Virus record (IMG/VR): IMGVR_UViG_3300030095_001135
Span: 1-39,031 of that record
DNA length: 39,031 bases
Source of the DNA: a virus
Lineage: Duplodnaviria > Caudoviricetes
Strand: one strand, 5' to 3'
Shown: in pieces, positions 22,193 through 34,900 of the stretch
Layout of the letters: each line of letters opens with the position of its first letter
Numbering within the stretch: position 1 is the first letter of the stretch
Notes under the pieces: generated by a model
Seen by the model: only the letters and a program-made list of their open reading frames with translations
What the model was told of the DNA's origin: nothing
The model's database searches: none
Translations under genes and position numbers: made by a program

Positions 22193-25092
22193 TGTCTAGA
22201 GAACTTTTTAGTCAAGTTATTGGTCCTCTTAATAAAGGTGTTAATCAACAAGCCTCTAGTTTCGTTTTACCTGGATTTGCAAAGGTTCTTGAGAATGGTG
22301 ATTGTGATCTTGTAGAAGGGCTTAAAAAGAGATTAGGTTCTGTACCTGTAAAACGTATAGATAATCTTACTAAATACGATGGTCATGGTACTCCAGGAAA
22401 TAATCTAACGGGAACTATTAAATGGGATGAAGCTTGGTACTTTGTTTATAACAGAAGTGATACAGAAAGATTTCTAGTTGTTGTAGGAGATGATAGTAGG
22501 ACTGTTACTAAGACTGGTAATGTAGCAAGTGGTAACTACACACTTACTAGTGTTAATAGCGTAACTGATATATTTGTAGGATCTGGTATTTCTGGAACAG
22601 GTATCCCAGCAGGAACAAAAATTGTAGATATAGGTACTACTACTATAACTTTAGATAAAGCACCTACAGCCTCAAATAATACAGTAACTTTTACAATTGA
22701 ATCTCCTAAAACATTTGTAACAGGTGTTTCAGATGTTGAACCTATTAGTGGAGCCTTACCTACAGTAGTTCCTGTTCAACAGATTTTTAGTAATATTACT
22801 ACTACAAACCTTGAATATTTAAGAGGATCAGGTAGAGCAAGAGATAGATTCAGAGCTACTTCGTTTCAGGATTATGTTTTTATAACAAACATTCAAAAAA
22901 CTACAACATATGATTCTACAGAAACTTTAACTAGATATAATATTGCAGTTGTAAATAGTAATTATGAGCCTACTAAAGCTCAGGTTTGGGTTAAATTAGT
23001 TGATTACAATTCAGAATATAAAGTTGACGTTATTGTTTCAGATGGAAGTAGTGATACAACAATTAGTGGAAGTTATACTACTCCATCTCTAACAGACTCA
23101 AGTGGAAACCCAAATGTCGTTAGTTCTAAAGCTATTGCTACATCATTAAAAAGTGCTATAGATACAGCAGATTCAAGTAACAAACTAACATTCTCTGTTG
23201 TAGATTCTCAAATACTTATAGGTTTAGCTTCTGGTAGTAACTATATAAAAAGTGTTGTAGCTTCTGATGCTAGAGGTAATACGTTGATGTCTGGTTTTGC
23301 AAATCGTGTATCAACTATTGCTGAATTACCTTCAACAGCTTGGGAAGGTTACACAATACTGGTAGCTCCAGATGGTACAGCAGATAAGAGTTCTTATTAT
23401 TTAAAATTTAATGCAGAAGGAACTTCTACTAATGGTGATTTTGCTAGAGGTTCTTGGGAAGAATCAGCAGCATGGGGATCAAGAGGTAAGTTAGATGATA
23501 ATACAATGCCTCATGCTTTTGCATATTATAGAAATGATTCAGGTGTTGTACGCTTTACTTTCCAACCTTTTAGTGGCTCCACCTATACAGATGGAAGTAC
23601 CAGTATAGAGTTACCTGGATGGGTAGATAGACTTTCTGGTGATGAAGATAAAATGCCAGGACCATCTTATGTTGGTTATTCTATTAACGATATAGTTTTC
23701 TTTAAAAATAGGCTTGGCTTTGTAAGCGGAGAGAATGTAATACTTAGTGAAGCTGGAGATTATTATAATTTCTGGCAGACGTCAGCTTTAGCAGTAGTAG
23801 ATACTGATCCTATAGATTTAACTGCAGTTAGTAATGATGTAGCTGTATTGAACTATGCTTTACAGCAACAGGATGAATTAGTACTATTCTCTAATGAGAA
23901 TCAGTTCAGACTTTATTCAGGTGATAACGTAACCTTTGCTCCAGAGACAGCGTCAGTAGGACGTATTAGTTCCATTAGTATGGAATCTAAAGTTAAGCCT
24001 CAACAGTTTGGTGCTCAAGTTATCTTCCCTGTTAAAGAAGGTGACTACACTGGACTACATACTTTTATAACAACTGATCGTACTGTTGGTATTAACCTAG
24101 GTCAGACTGCTGTTATTACTGAAACAGTTCCTAAATATATACCTAAGAATTTAGATTCACTTACTATTAGTAGTACTGACCAATATATGGTAGCTCTTAG
24201 TAATGATGATCAAGACTCTTTCTATATTTATCAGTTCTTCTGGGAAGCTTCTAGTGGATCTTTAACTAACAGACAAAATGCTTGGCATAAATGGACCTTC
24301 CCTAATAAGACAATTCATTGGTGTAGTTTTGTTGAAGGTACTCTATTATCAGTAGCTAAATACACAGAGAACGGTAGTGTTAAATACTACTTAGAAGGTC
24401 TTAATGTTTCTAGACCACCACAGGAAGATCAAGATATATTCTTATTGGATAGGCAGTTATCTAGTACGATTACTACAGATATAGGTACTGCTTCTTTTGC
24501 TTATAGTGGTGCAACTAATAAAACGACAGTTACATTACCTTATTACACAGTAAATCCTAGTCAGTTTGTTGTTATTAAAAAAGACAGTACAGATGCTAAT
24601 GAAGCTGAAAAACGTTGGATCGTGGCTGCGTCTATCCCTGCTGGGGTTAATAGTTTTGTGTTGGATAGTTTGGGTGATTTTAGTGGATCTTCTTGGGCTT
24701 TTGGTGAAACCTTTACATTCAAGTTCCGTCCACCTCAACTCATGCCTTATAGCAAAACCGCTACGGACAGCACTTATATCGGTAATCGGACAGGTAGACT
24801 CCAGCTACGTTATGTGGATGTTTACTATAATGATGCAAGGTACTTTACAGTGGAAGTCACTCCTGAATTGAGATCTACAATTACTTATGAATTTGATAGG
24901 AGAGATCCATTAAATGCAAATATTATTGTTGGTCAAAAGTCCAGCTTTGATGAGGCTAAGTTCCGTGCCTATATTCAAAGTAAGAATGATCAGGTTACAG
25001 TGGAAGTAGTAAACAACAGTGTAGACCAGTCTAAGTTCATAGCTTTAGAATGGACTGGTCTGTATTTTAATGTAGCAAGGAAGTACGGTTAA
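22192..25092 (+). CDS. Tail tubular protein B (T7 gp12-like)
   Basis: GV.QQ, GLKKR.G, FFKNRLGF.SGENVILSEAG.YYNF, DPID, QNAWHKW. Confidence 0.95.
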   Translation: MSRELFSQVIGPLNKGVNQQASSFVLPGFAKVLENGDCDLVEGLKKRLGSVPVKRIDNLTKYDGHGTPGNNLTGTIKWDEAWYFVYNRSDTERFLVVVGDDSRTVTKTGNVASGNYTLTSVNSVTDIFVGSGISGTGIPAGTKIVDIGTTTITLDKAPTASNNTVTFTIESPKTFVTGVSDVEPISGALPTVVPVQQIFSNITTTNLEYLRGSGRARDRFRATSFQDYVFITNIQKTTTYDSTETLTRYNIAVVNSNYEPTKAQVWVKLVDYNSEYKVDVIVSDGSSDTTISGSYTTPSLTDSSGNPNVVSSKAIATSLKSAIDTADSSNKLTFSVVDSQILIGLASGSNYIKSVVASDARGNTLMSGFANRVSTIAELPSTAWEGYTILVAPDGTADKSSYYLKFNAEGTSTNGDFARGSWEESAAWGSRGKLDDNTMPHAFAYYRNDSGVVRFTFQPFSGSTYTDGSTSIELPGWVDRLSGDEDKMPGPSYVGYSINDIVFFKNRLGFVSGENVILSEAGDYYNFWQTSALAVVDTDPIDLTAVSNDVAVLNYALQQQDELVLFSNENQFRLYSGDNVTFAPETASVGRISSISMESKVKPQQFGAQVIFPVKEGDYTGLHTFITTDRTVGINLGQTAVITETVPKYIPKNLDSLTISSTDQYMVALSNDDQDSFYIYQFFWEASSGSLTNRQNAWHKWTFPNKTIHWCSFVEGTLLSVAKYTENGSVKYYLEGLNVSRPPQEDQDIFLLDRQLSSTITTDIGTASFAYSGATNKTTVTLPYYTVNPSQFVVIKKDSTDANEAEKRWIVAASIPAGVNSFVLDSLGDFSGSSWAFGETFTFKFRPPQLMPYSKTATDSTYIGNRTGRLQLRYVDVYYNDARYFTVEVTPELRSTITYEFDRRDPLNANIIVGQKSSFDEAKFRAYIQSKNDQVTVEVVNNSVDQSKFIALEWTGLYFNVARKYG

Positions 25093-25899
25093 ATGGCAGC
25101 AGCACCTAAGCCAAAACCCACGAAATTACAAGCATCTCTGATGATTGCTGATGCTGCAGTAGGTGTAGGCTCTTTAGTCTTCGGACATCAAGTAGAAGCA
25201 GCAAATCAAAGGATTGAAAATGCTGGAGCTAAAATTAAATACTGGACTGAATGGAATAATACTAACCAAATAAATTATAGAAACTATTCACATCAAATGG
25301 CTCAGTGGCATGGAGCACAATTTTACGCTAACCAGTTAAAGGGTTATGAACAGGAATTAGCAAAAATACAAGCTGATTATAAAGGTGATGTAAGTACAGC
25401 AGAAACTAAGAAATTAGAAGATAAGATGGCTGATGTAGAAGGTCAGTGGTATGAAAAGGAAGCTACTGATGATATAGCTATAGATAAAATCAGAGTTGCA
25501 AATATAGTTGAATCAGCTCAAAAGAAAGTGAGAAACAGAGGTAAGGGTGTAGCAGTAGGCAGAACGATGGTTGGACTTGATGCTGTTCAAAAGAATAAAT
25601 GGTTAGAGAATGTAGGAAATAGACAGTTAACTACTCAATGGCGTGTAGCTGACAAGATAAGACAGCATGAAGCTAATGCAGCCGCAGCAGAAAGTACTGT
25701 TAATCAGGTTAGATTTTATAACCCAAAACCTATTAATGATCCTGTACAACCTCAAGAACCATTAGCATTAGATGGTTATGAACCTATTGATAAACCAGGG
25801 CCAGGTGGATTAGGGTTTAAAGTTGCAGATTCTTTATTAGGCAATTTAGCTGATGCAGCTTCCAAGTATGACTTATCCTTTGGTAAAAAATCTAGTTAA
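25093..25899 (+). CDS. Internal virion protein (gp14-like by position)
   Basis: Synteny after gp12; Ala/Gln-rich helical protein. Confidence 0.65.
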   Translation: MAAAPKPKPTKLQASLMIADAAVGVGSLVFGHQVEAANQRIENAGAKIKYWTEWNNTNQINYRNYSHQMAQWHGAQFYANQLKGYEQELAKIQADYKGDVSTAETKKLEDKMADVEGQWYEKEATDDIAIDKIRVANIVESAQKKVRNRGKGVAVGRTMVGLDAVQKNKWLENVGNRQLTTQWRVADKIRQHEANAAAAESTVNQVRFYNPKPINDPVQPQEPLALDGYEPIDKPGPGGLGFKVADSLLGNLADAASKYDLSFGKKSS

Positions 25900-28800
25900 A
25901 TGACTGCTTCTTATACACCTAAACCTCAAAGACAGGTTAGAAACTTAGTAGCTGATCCAGCAAAAAAGTCTGATCCTGCAGGAGTAGATAAGCCAGCTCA
26001 ATTATGGCAACAGCTTGGTGGACAGCTTATAGATAATAGAACCTATGACGGTTTAGTAAAACCTCAAAGGGATAATATGAAAGCCATTGAGGATTTCGTA
26101 GGAGCAGAAGGAGGTTATACAAAAACTTCTGAGTGGGCAGTGAGAGATTATGAAGAAAAGATTGCAGCAGACGTTGAAAGAGTATATAAGAAGACAGCAG
26201 AAGCTGAAGTAGCAAATTCTCTTATTAATAATGAAATTAAAAGACTTGCAAAATCAAAAGCTACAGCAGAGGCTGAACAGTTATTAAGAAGGAATAATTT
26301 AGCTGATCATTATTGGAATTTAAAAGATGCTGAATTAGCTGCTCAAGAAGTAACAGTAGGCTTAGAAGTTTTTGGAACACAAAACGCAGCAGCTTTAGCT
26401 TCTCTAGATGTTCAACAACGTTCAGCGATTTTACAAAAGAAAAGGGCTGAATTATTAGCTCCTTATAGTTCCTTACCTGAAGGCTATATAGGTGCTTATG
26501 TAGACCCAAAAGTATTAGTAGCAGATAAGAGTATAAAGGAAGCTGTTCTTAAAGAAGAATACAAGCTTAAAGATTTACAAAATAAAGAATTAGGTTCTAA
26601 AGAGGTAGTAAATAACTTTAGATCTGCAGCTATTTACGTACCAATAGCTAATAGCGAAGGACTTGAATCATTAGCTGGTTTTTCGGATAAGAAACTACAA
26701 TCAGCTTATACTGATGGTTTAGCTACTTTTGCTAAACATAATCCTTTATATAGTAAAAATGGTGATGGGACAGGTGGTTTAAATAAATCAGGTGAAAGAG
26801 AATATAATTCAATGTGGTTTAATCTTGTACCAAGACTTTTCTTAAATAAAGATGGTGATAATTATAACGATGTAGCTACTAATCTACATTTTGGTTATTA
26901 CTGGAAAGCTTTAGAGAAAGTACAAACATCTGATGGTATATCTCTATTGGACATCAAGCAAGATGTAGATGGTAAGAGTACAAGCTTAAGACAAACTCTG
27001 TTCTTCCAGATGAATAATGCTATTCGTATGAGAACGATGCTTGAAAATATGGCAAATCAAGAAGAGAGTAATGCAGCTAAGGAAGCTGTTAAGAGAGTTG
27101 AAAAAGATTACGCAGAAATATTTCCTACATTAAATGGTAAAGCAGAGCATGATGCTTATAGAGACAAAGTTAAAGCTCAATTTCTAGATGAGGATGATAA
27201 TCCTATAAATATCCCTCCAGGATATACATATAAAACTTGGATGGAGAAAATAGATGAGAAGATACCTGAGTTCTTTAGATATGAATCAGCAGAGACTACT
27301 AGAGATAATTCACAGATAATAGATGAGTTATTAACTACAACACCTTATGCAGATATAGATGATATATCAAAAGATCTTGATATGACTCCTTATGGTTTTG
27401 ATGGAACCTATGGAGACTTTTTTGAAGCTATTAAAAATGGTGCTTCTCATAAGTATTTATTAACAAAAACTGCTGCTAATAGTACTAATGCTGCTAAACA
27501 AATGGAAGTTCAAGTTGATTCCTTATCAACTCAACTTGTAGCTGGTTTAGAAGAGAACTTTAAACAGAGTTCTGTATATCAAGAGGCACTAGCTAATAAC
27601 ACAAAATTTCTACCACAAATAAACGAACTAATAGAGGATGCTTCTGGAGCTGCTGGTTTACTTTTAGAAGGTCAAGCTAAAAAATATATTAGAAAGGAAC
27701 TTTTAAAATTAGATCCTCATGACAGGTTAAAGCCTGAAAATCAAGCAAAGATTTTAGCAGATGCTCAGAGAATATTTTATGAGCAGCCTAATTACAAAGA
27801 CCCAACTTTATGGAGAGGAGTAGACCCAACAAATAAGGCGACTTTTGGTAGAACTATGCCTATCCCTATAGGTGGTGTTGACACATGGGATGAAACTTCT
27901 GGATGGGTAAATGGAGTTAATAATGATACTGATCTTAAAAATTGGTCAGTTTTCGCTAGACCTTTCTTTGTTCGTGGAGCTTCAGGTAGTGATGAAGGTA
28001 AAGCTAATGCTAATGAGTATTTAAGTAATAATTTTGTACTTAGTGATGATTCTTTAAATTCAATTAATGAATTTCTACTTACAGGCGATGTTACAAAACT
28101 TACTGAAAAAGCACAGAAGGATTTAAACCATATTAAATATGCCTTAGATGGAAATTTATCTTTAGGTGAAATAGCTAAAGCTCAGATGAATAGGTTGTAT
28201 TCACAAGGTAAAGGTAAACCTCCAATTCTTATGGAGTCAGGTTACGATCTTCTCAATGAAAATTTAGAACAACCTATAGTTCAAACAGGTAATTCAGCTA
28301 GAGATGAAAGTCTATTTATTTATCCAGAGTTTTCAGATTCACAGGGAGGAATTGAATTTAAAATCCAACGAAATAACGGCTTACAAACAAGTAATAATAT
28401 AGTTACTCCTTTCTCAGGTACAGTTGTTTCAGTAGCTGAGTACGAAGATTCAGGATTAACTGTTGTTTTAGAAACTGACGGTGTTTATGCTGGTGTTCCT
28501 AGAGGTACAAGAGTAGTTATAAGACATTGTGGCTCAACAGAAGTTAAAGAAGGTCAAACTTTATCTAAAGGTAACGCTATATGTATAGGAGGGGATCATG
28601 CAGTTTTACCTAATAGTACAGATGGTTCTACAACAGGAACTAATATAGAAGCTGGTCATGCAGTTATTCAATTCTTAGCTCCAGGAACTGAGTTAACAGA
28701 TGAAGGTGAAGTAGGTAATATCCCTCTTACACCAGCTACAAATCAAGAACCATTAGGTGATGAATTTTATACTTATCCTTTAGGTACTGAATATTCTGGC

Positions 28801-28935
28801 TTACTTGATCCTGACATTCAAATGATGTTATTCCATCTACATTTCCAACCACATTATCAAGAAGGTACTCCTATATATGAATCAGATAATATAGACTTAA
28901 GTGGTGCAGACTACTATGACTTTCCTATAGATTAA
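25900..28935 (+). CDS. Internal virion protein (gp15-like) with C-terminal M23-like domain
   Basis: Synteny; C-terminal TPFSGTVV...GLTVVL...H...VKEGQ.L.KG..I...GH pattern. Confidence 0.7.
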   Translation: MTASYTPKPQRQVRNLVADPAKKSDPAGVDKPAQLWQQLGGQLIDNRTYDGLVKPQRDNMKAIEDFVGAEGGYTKTSEWAVRDYEEKIAADVERVYKKTAEAEVANSLINNEIKRLAKSKATAEAEQLLRRNNLADHYWNLKDAELAAQEVTVGLEVFGTQNAAALASLDVQQRSAILQKKRAELLAPYSSLPEGYIGAYVDPKVLVADKSIKEAVLKEEYKLKDLQNKELGSKEVVNNFRSAAIYVPIANSEGLESLAGFSDKKLQSAYTDGLATFAKHNPLYSKNGDGTGGLNKSGEREYNSMWFNLVPRLFLNKDGDNYNDVATNLHFGYYWKALEKVQTSDGISLLDIKQDVDGKSTSLRQTLFFQMNNAIRMRTMLENMANQEESNAAKEAVKRVEKDYAEIFPTLNGKAEHDAYRDKVKAQFLDEDDNPINIPPGYTYKTWMEKIDEKIPEFFRYESAETTRDNSQIIDELLTTTPYADIDDISKDLDMTPYGFDGTYGDFFEAIKNGASHKYLLTKTAANSTNAAKQMEVQVDSLSTQLVAGLEENFKQSSVYQEALANNTKFLPQINELIEDASGAAGLLLEGQAKKYIRKELLKLDPHDRLKPENQAKILADAQRIFYEQPNYKDPTLWRGVDPTNKATFGRTMPIPIGGVDTWDETSGWVNGVNNDTDLKNWSVFARPFFVRGASGSDEGKANANEYLSNNFVLSDDSLNSINEFLLTGDVTKLTEKAQKDLNHIKYALDGNLSLGEIAKAQMNRLYSQGKGKPPILMESGYDLLNENLEQPIVQTGNSARDESLFIYPEFSDSQGGIEFKIQRNNGLQTSNNIVTPFSGTVVSVAEYEDSGLTVVLETDGVYAGVPRGTRVVIRHCGSTEVKEGQTLSKGNAICIGGDHAVLPNSTDGSTTGTNIEAGHAVIQFLAPGTELTDEGEVGNIPLTPATNQEPLGDEFYTYPLGTEYSGLLDPDIQMMLFHLHFQPHYQEGTPIYESDNIDLSGADYYDFPID

Positions 28936-28937
28936 TA

Positions 28938-31900
28938 ATGGGTGCTTATTTACCGCTTCGTAATGGAAGCCGTGAGTTCATAACAGATATGGATACCTAT
29001 GATGAGAGGTATCAACAGGAATGGGCTGAAGAATTAAAACAGCAAGAGGAACAAAAGAAACTCCGTGAAAAGGAATCCCCTTTTGGTGATGGGATACTTA
29101 AAGATTTTAAAGATAAAGGAATTTTTAAATTAGGTACAGATGGAGAGGTGCTAAGAGGTGATGATCCTTTTACTGATGAAGTAGAAACAGATAAGCTTCA
29201 GTTTGCAGATGAAAAAGGTATAGGTGGAAATATACCAATAGGTATGCAGAAAAATATGATGGGTCAAGCGAAGATGCTTACGCATGGCTTATCTAATGTA
29301 GTTAATTTTCCTTTTGCTTTACACGATCTAGCTAAGACACAACAAGCCCTTCCATATCAAACAATACATAGTCTTTTTAAAAGTGAAGAGCAGAAAGAAC
29401 TAGATCAACAAGCTTCAATGGAAGCCTTTAATGAATTACTAAGGACTGGTAAAAAACCAGATGGTACTTCTTATGGCATACAGGCAGATTGGGGTCCATT
29501 TGGAGAAATGTTCTCTCCTGACAGTGACTTTCAGAAAGCGTTACGTCCTACAAGTTTCTGGGGAAAGTTAGGTGCTGACATAATATCTGCTTTTACATTT
29601 GAAGGTGGTGCAAGAGCTTTAAGTAAAACAGTACCTAATCTTGTTGGTGGAGCATCAACCAAACAGTTAGCACTAAATCTTCCTAAAAGCTATGGGGTTT
29701 GGCAGGGTATTACAGAAAGGAATTTAAGTAAAGTCTACAAAGGTGTTGGTGCTTGGTTCTTAAAGGAAGGTTTATATGAATTAGGTATGGACATGATGTT
29801 CATTAGACCTGATTTACCAGAGTCTTGGCATGAACGAATAAATGAAATACAACAAGAAGCTTCACCTGAAGATCGCATCAACATGATGCAGATGTTAACG
29901 GCTGATACAGATGAAGAGTTTAATTTAGCTGTTGAAACTATAAAAGAATGGCCTATGACTCTAGGCTCTATGGTTGTATTAAGAGGTTTATTTAAGACTG
30001 CTAATTGGGCGCTTAGAGACGTATCTCAAGGTGTAGATCCTAAAGTTGCTTTAGATAATGCAAGTAAAAAAGTTGCACCAGAAATTGCAAAAGAAATAGA
30101 ACCTATAGCAGCGGAGAAAACTGCTGAAGGTATTGAAGTACAGCTAGGTAAGGTTAATACCGAAATGAATCGGTTGGTTGACCAAAGTGCTCTTAATATT
30201 GCTTCTGGAACTAGAGCAGGTGCTGAAAGCTATTTAACTAAAAAATCTCAGTTAACAGAAGGTGTACCAGAACTTCAGAAACGTTTAAAGGGTACAGAAC
30301 CTTTAGTTGAGAATGTTAAAGAAATAGATTCTCAGATTGATGAGATTCAAAAGAAATATTCTGTTAACACAGAAAAGCAAATAGCTAAGAAATTAAAGGA
30401 CCAAACTGCTCGTGTAAAGGATTATGAAAGACAAATAAGAAAAGATCCTAATTGGATTAAATCTAGATCAAATAAAACTAAGTATAACAAAGCTTCTAAT
30501 GCTGCTAAAAACTTACAGATTTTACAGGAATTAAGAAAAGCTAGAGGCTCTATGGTAGTAGAGCAGACAGGACTAACAGGAGCAGGAGATGTATTTGATT
30601 TACGTCAAGGTATTTCTGAAGAATTAGAAAGTATTTTTGACCAAGTAGATGAAGGTCAGATTGGTTTCGATAACGCTATTAATGATGCAACTATTTTAGT
30701 AAGACGCTTAGAAGAATTAGATAATTATCGTAGAGAACTTCTCAAAGGTAAAGGTCTAACTAGTGAAATAGATCTTCAATTCCCTGGTGTAAATGGTTTT
30801 GTAATGAGAAAACTACGTCAAATAATTAATGACGTAGGTGTAGCAAGAGCTGCTGGTGGTTTAGATGAAAAGTATATGAATCAAGTGGTTCAAGAAATAG
30901 ATGAGCTACATCATAAACTTATAGGTAAAGGAGGAATGGCTCCTGTTGTTCCTGAGCAACCTGAAGCTCTCAATATCCCTGGTGATACTAAGAAAATAGA
31001 GAAATTAACTGGAGATTTAGATGCTGATCCTTGGATAGATGAGCTTGCAGAAGGTGTTGAAGAAGGTGCTCAGAAAGGTGCTACAGAAGCTGTTGAAGAA
31101 GGTGTTCCTGCTGCTGAAAAGACTATAGATGTAGGTGCTGTTCCTGAAGAGAAAGCTGGAGCTATAACTCTTTCACAGGCTATAGAGCAAGTAGGAGAAA
31201 TACCAGAAGCGAAAAAGAAAGGTTGGAAAAAACTTCTAAGAACATTACCAGAAGGTCAGCAAGCTGAAGTAGCTATAGATAGAATAATTGCTGCTTTTGA
31301 AGAATTTTCAAAGGGTGCTACTGCTAAGGATAGAGTATGGCCTGTTAGTTCAGTAGGTGATTTAGCTAGATTCTTAAATATAGTTAGAGTAATGATTGAA
31401 GAAGGGACTCAGAAGGGTCTTAGAGATCTTGAGAAGACTTTAGCTGCTTATGACAAGTTAACTTTAAGTGGTACTGGTAGAAGAAAGTATATTCAGGAAT
31501 GGTTCCCTGGAGTGAAGGGTTTCTTAAAATCTGGTAGAGCTGTAAGAGATATTAACGCAGGTAAGAAAGCAGATCCACGACCTAGTTTATTTGGTACTAC
31601 ACCAGATACTCAGAAAGCTTTACCTCCTATTAAAGAGAACAAAATACCAAAGCAACCTTCCCCTATTGAAGTAGAAGCTCCTATTACAACTAATAAAGAA
31701 GGAACACCAGTAGTTGATAAAACTGAACTAGCTAATAGAAGAGCAGCAGCTAAACCATTTAGAGGTGAATCTACAAAAGCTAAAACACGTAGAACTATAC
31801 AAAGAAAGAAAACACCAAAACTAGAAAAACCTACAACTGAATTTGATGCACAGCAAAAGTTAAATACCTTAGAGCAAGGTATAGCTAATCAAAGAAAAGC

Positions 31901-34900
31901 AGCAGAGGAGTATTTAAAACTACATCCTGGTGACTTTAGAGGTGCTTCTGAGATATTTAATAAAGGTACTACAGGAGAACTTTATAACTCTACTGCAGAA
32001 GCTGTTGAAGCTTTTGTTGGAAATATTCAAGCCTATAGGACACCTAATAAGAAAACTTTAGGTGCAGAGATGATAAAAGCAGCAAAGGTGATGTCAACTG
32101 TTGTTGGTGAAGAGCAGTCTGTGGTGTGGGAACGCTTCATGCTGTATGCAGAATTAGAAGATATAGCACAGAATATTTCTGAGAAATTCCATATGGTAAC
32201 TGCTGGTGTCTCAATGATTGAGGAGACAACTAACGCAGTCTTAAGAGAGGCATCTAACTTAAATAAATACTTTGGTGTAGAAAGAGGTATAGTTGAAAAC
32301 TCTTTAGCAGATGCCGCTAATCAAGCAATGATTGACGGTAAGTTAGTAACTAAGCAAGAAGCAATGGATAGGTTTGTTCTTGCTTGGCGTAATTTTGATA
32401 AAATGTTAAGTGCTACTGAGCGTACTTTCTACGCTGCAGGTAATTTATTAGGTATATTGAAGGATGAGTTTAGGATCAAAGTAGCTGGTGGTAAAACTTC
32501 ACCAATCTTTAATGAAGTTAATAAAGAATTATTTGAACGTTTTGGTACTGAAGAAGATATAACAAAAGCTTTTACAGAAAACTTAGAAAAGGCAGATAAA
32601 CAATTAGGAGAAAAACTTAACCCTACCTTTAAAAAATTACTTAATGGTGAAAAGTTAAACCAAGAAGAAATACAAGGATTTCAAATGTTTGTAGATAAGG
32701 TAAGGAGAACTAATGGAGATATAACGAAGCTTAAGGAAGTAGAGCTAGGTGGAGACGCTATTTTAGCAAGACTTCAGACTCAAAACCCATTGAGTACAAT
32801 GCATGCGCCTTTTAACCTTCCGTTACAAGGTCTTGTAGATATGAATTTCCAGCTATTTAGCAGCATGTGGATAATGGCTGGAGACAGTGCTTTTAGTAGG
32901 TGGATTCTAAAAGATATTCCTAGAGCTAAAGCTAGCTGGAAGGAATACTTATGGGCTAGGGATACAATGCTGGTTGGACGTTATTCATTCAACCAAGGAC
33001 TTCAAGACTCTTATTATAGATTCTTATTAGGTAAGAATATAGCTGATGCAGGTCAGATGTCTAACAGGGCTTATAAACTATCTCAAGGTGGAGTAGTAAG
33101 AGAGCAAGCGATACTGGATGATTTAGCCTCTACAAAAATGAATATACCACTAGTCAACTGGGTGCTTGATAAGAATAATATGAATAAGAAGACTTTTGAA
33201 TTACTTAATAACACAAGAGTAGGAATGAAAGTATTCCATGACTACGCCATTCCTGGTGAAGCTTGGGAGTTAAGAAGTGGTATTGGTAAAACTTTAGGTG
33301 CTTCTACATCAGCTATTAGAGGACTTACTGGCTTAGGTACTAAGAGTTATTATCCTGGTGGTCAAGAAGTTAACATGACTCTTTGGGGTCAGATATTTGC
33401 AGCAGGAGATGAAATGGTATCTTCTATGTATGCAAACTCTTCAGTACAAGCAAGGGTAACTCAAAATGTAAGAAATATGCTTTCTCAGAAACTAGCAAAA
33501 GGAGATCTACGCCTTGAAGATGTACCAAGGGAAGGCAGCATTTCATTTAAGAAAGAGCTGGTAAAAGAAATGAAATCTATGTATGCAAACGGCTTAATTT
33601 CAGATGTTAAAGCAGGTTATAACAATCAAACTATTGGTAAAGCAATAATAGATAAGCAAATCCATGAACTTACTCAGATAGCTAACCGTACTGAAGAATT
33701 AAAAGGAATCAGAGCAGACGCTCAGAAGATGATTCAGCTAATGACTAAGAGTGAGAATCAGTATCTCAGGTGGTTTGGTAGAGAAATAGCTCCTATTACT
33801 GTGTCACCTCTAAATGAAATGAAGAAGATCGTTATGATCTCTGCTGGTGGTGAAATGCTTCAGTTTAGTGGTGATATGGCACTAACTGCAGCCCAGAAAA
33901 TGGGGTGGGATAAAACGCTTAGTAATTTAAAACCTTTAAATATACCAGTAATAGGTAAAGAGCTTGATAAATATGCACCTCAGTGGGCTGATAAACTCAA
34001 GACTTTCAAAAGTAAATATACACATAAAGATCCTAAAATCAGAGCCGCAGCTCAAACAGCTTTAGCTTGGTCTATATCACTTAACGCTACCGTATTCGCC
34101 CTAACTCTAGATGGAGAGCAGGAGATAACAGGTAACAAGTTCCATACTTATAAATCAGATAAATTCCACAAAAAATCTTATGAGTGGACAGTTGGTGGTC
34201 GCCCTCTTCCTTATCGTTATTTAGGACTTCTAGGTTCCACTATTGCTCTCCATGCAAATATGAGAGATGCTGCTCAGTTTGGAAGTAGTAGAGCAGATGC
34301 AAACGTACTGACAATGGCAATGATAATGACGGCTAATACGCTATTAGATACACCACAGTCACAAGGTTTCCAGCAGATTAATAGAGTTTTAGAAGCTGCA
34401 GCTAATGGCGATCCTTTCCCAGCACAGAAAATGATTTCAAAGGCTATAGAAAAAGCTTCTAGCCCTCACATGACTGCTAGAAGACAGATAATACAAGGAT
34501 TCTTACCTGACATATCTTCAAGACCAGAGGCTAGATTTGGTAAAGGATGGAAAGAAAAGGGTAAATTAACTGATGCTATAGGTAGTGAGCTTAATCCTTT
34601 TACTGCTACAGCTAATTTAGCTTGGAGATCTCAAGAACACGATCTTGTAGGTTTAATAGCTAATTTAGTATTCCCTATAGCTACTGGAGCACTTGATGGT
34701 GAAGGTACGGTAAATGAAGCAGATAGTTATTACAAGAGTAGACAAGCTGTTTGGTATGGAGTACCAGGGGAACCTTTCCAATCAGAATATACAGGTGCTG
34801 CAATGCTTCCAAAAACAATATTAGGTAGAAATTGGTCTTTCCCAAATAAACTTAATGATCCTGTTAATGCAGCTATGAGTTTATATCTAATAAAAGGTGC

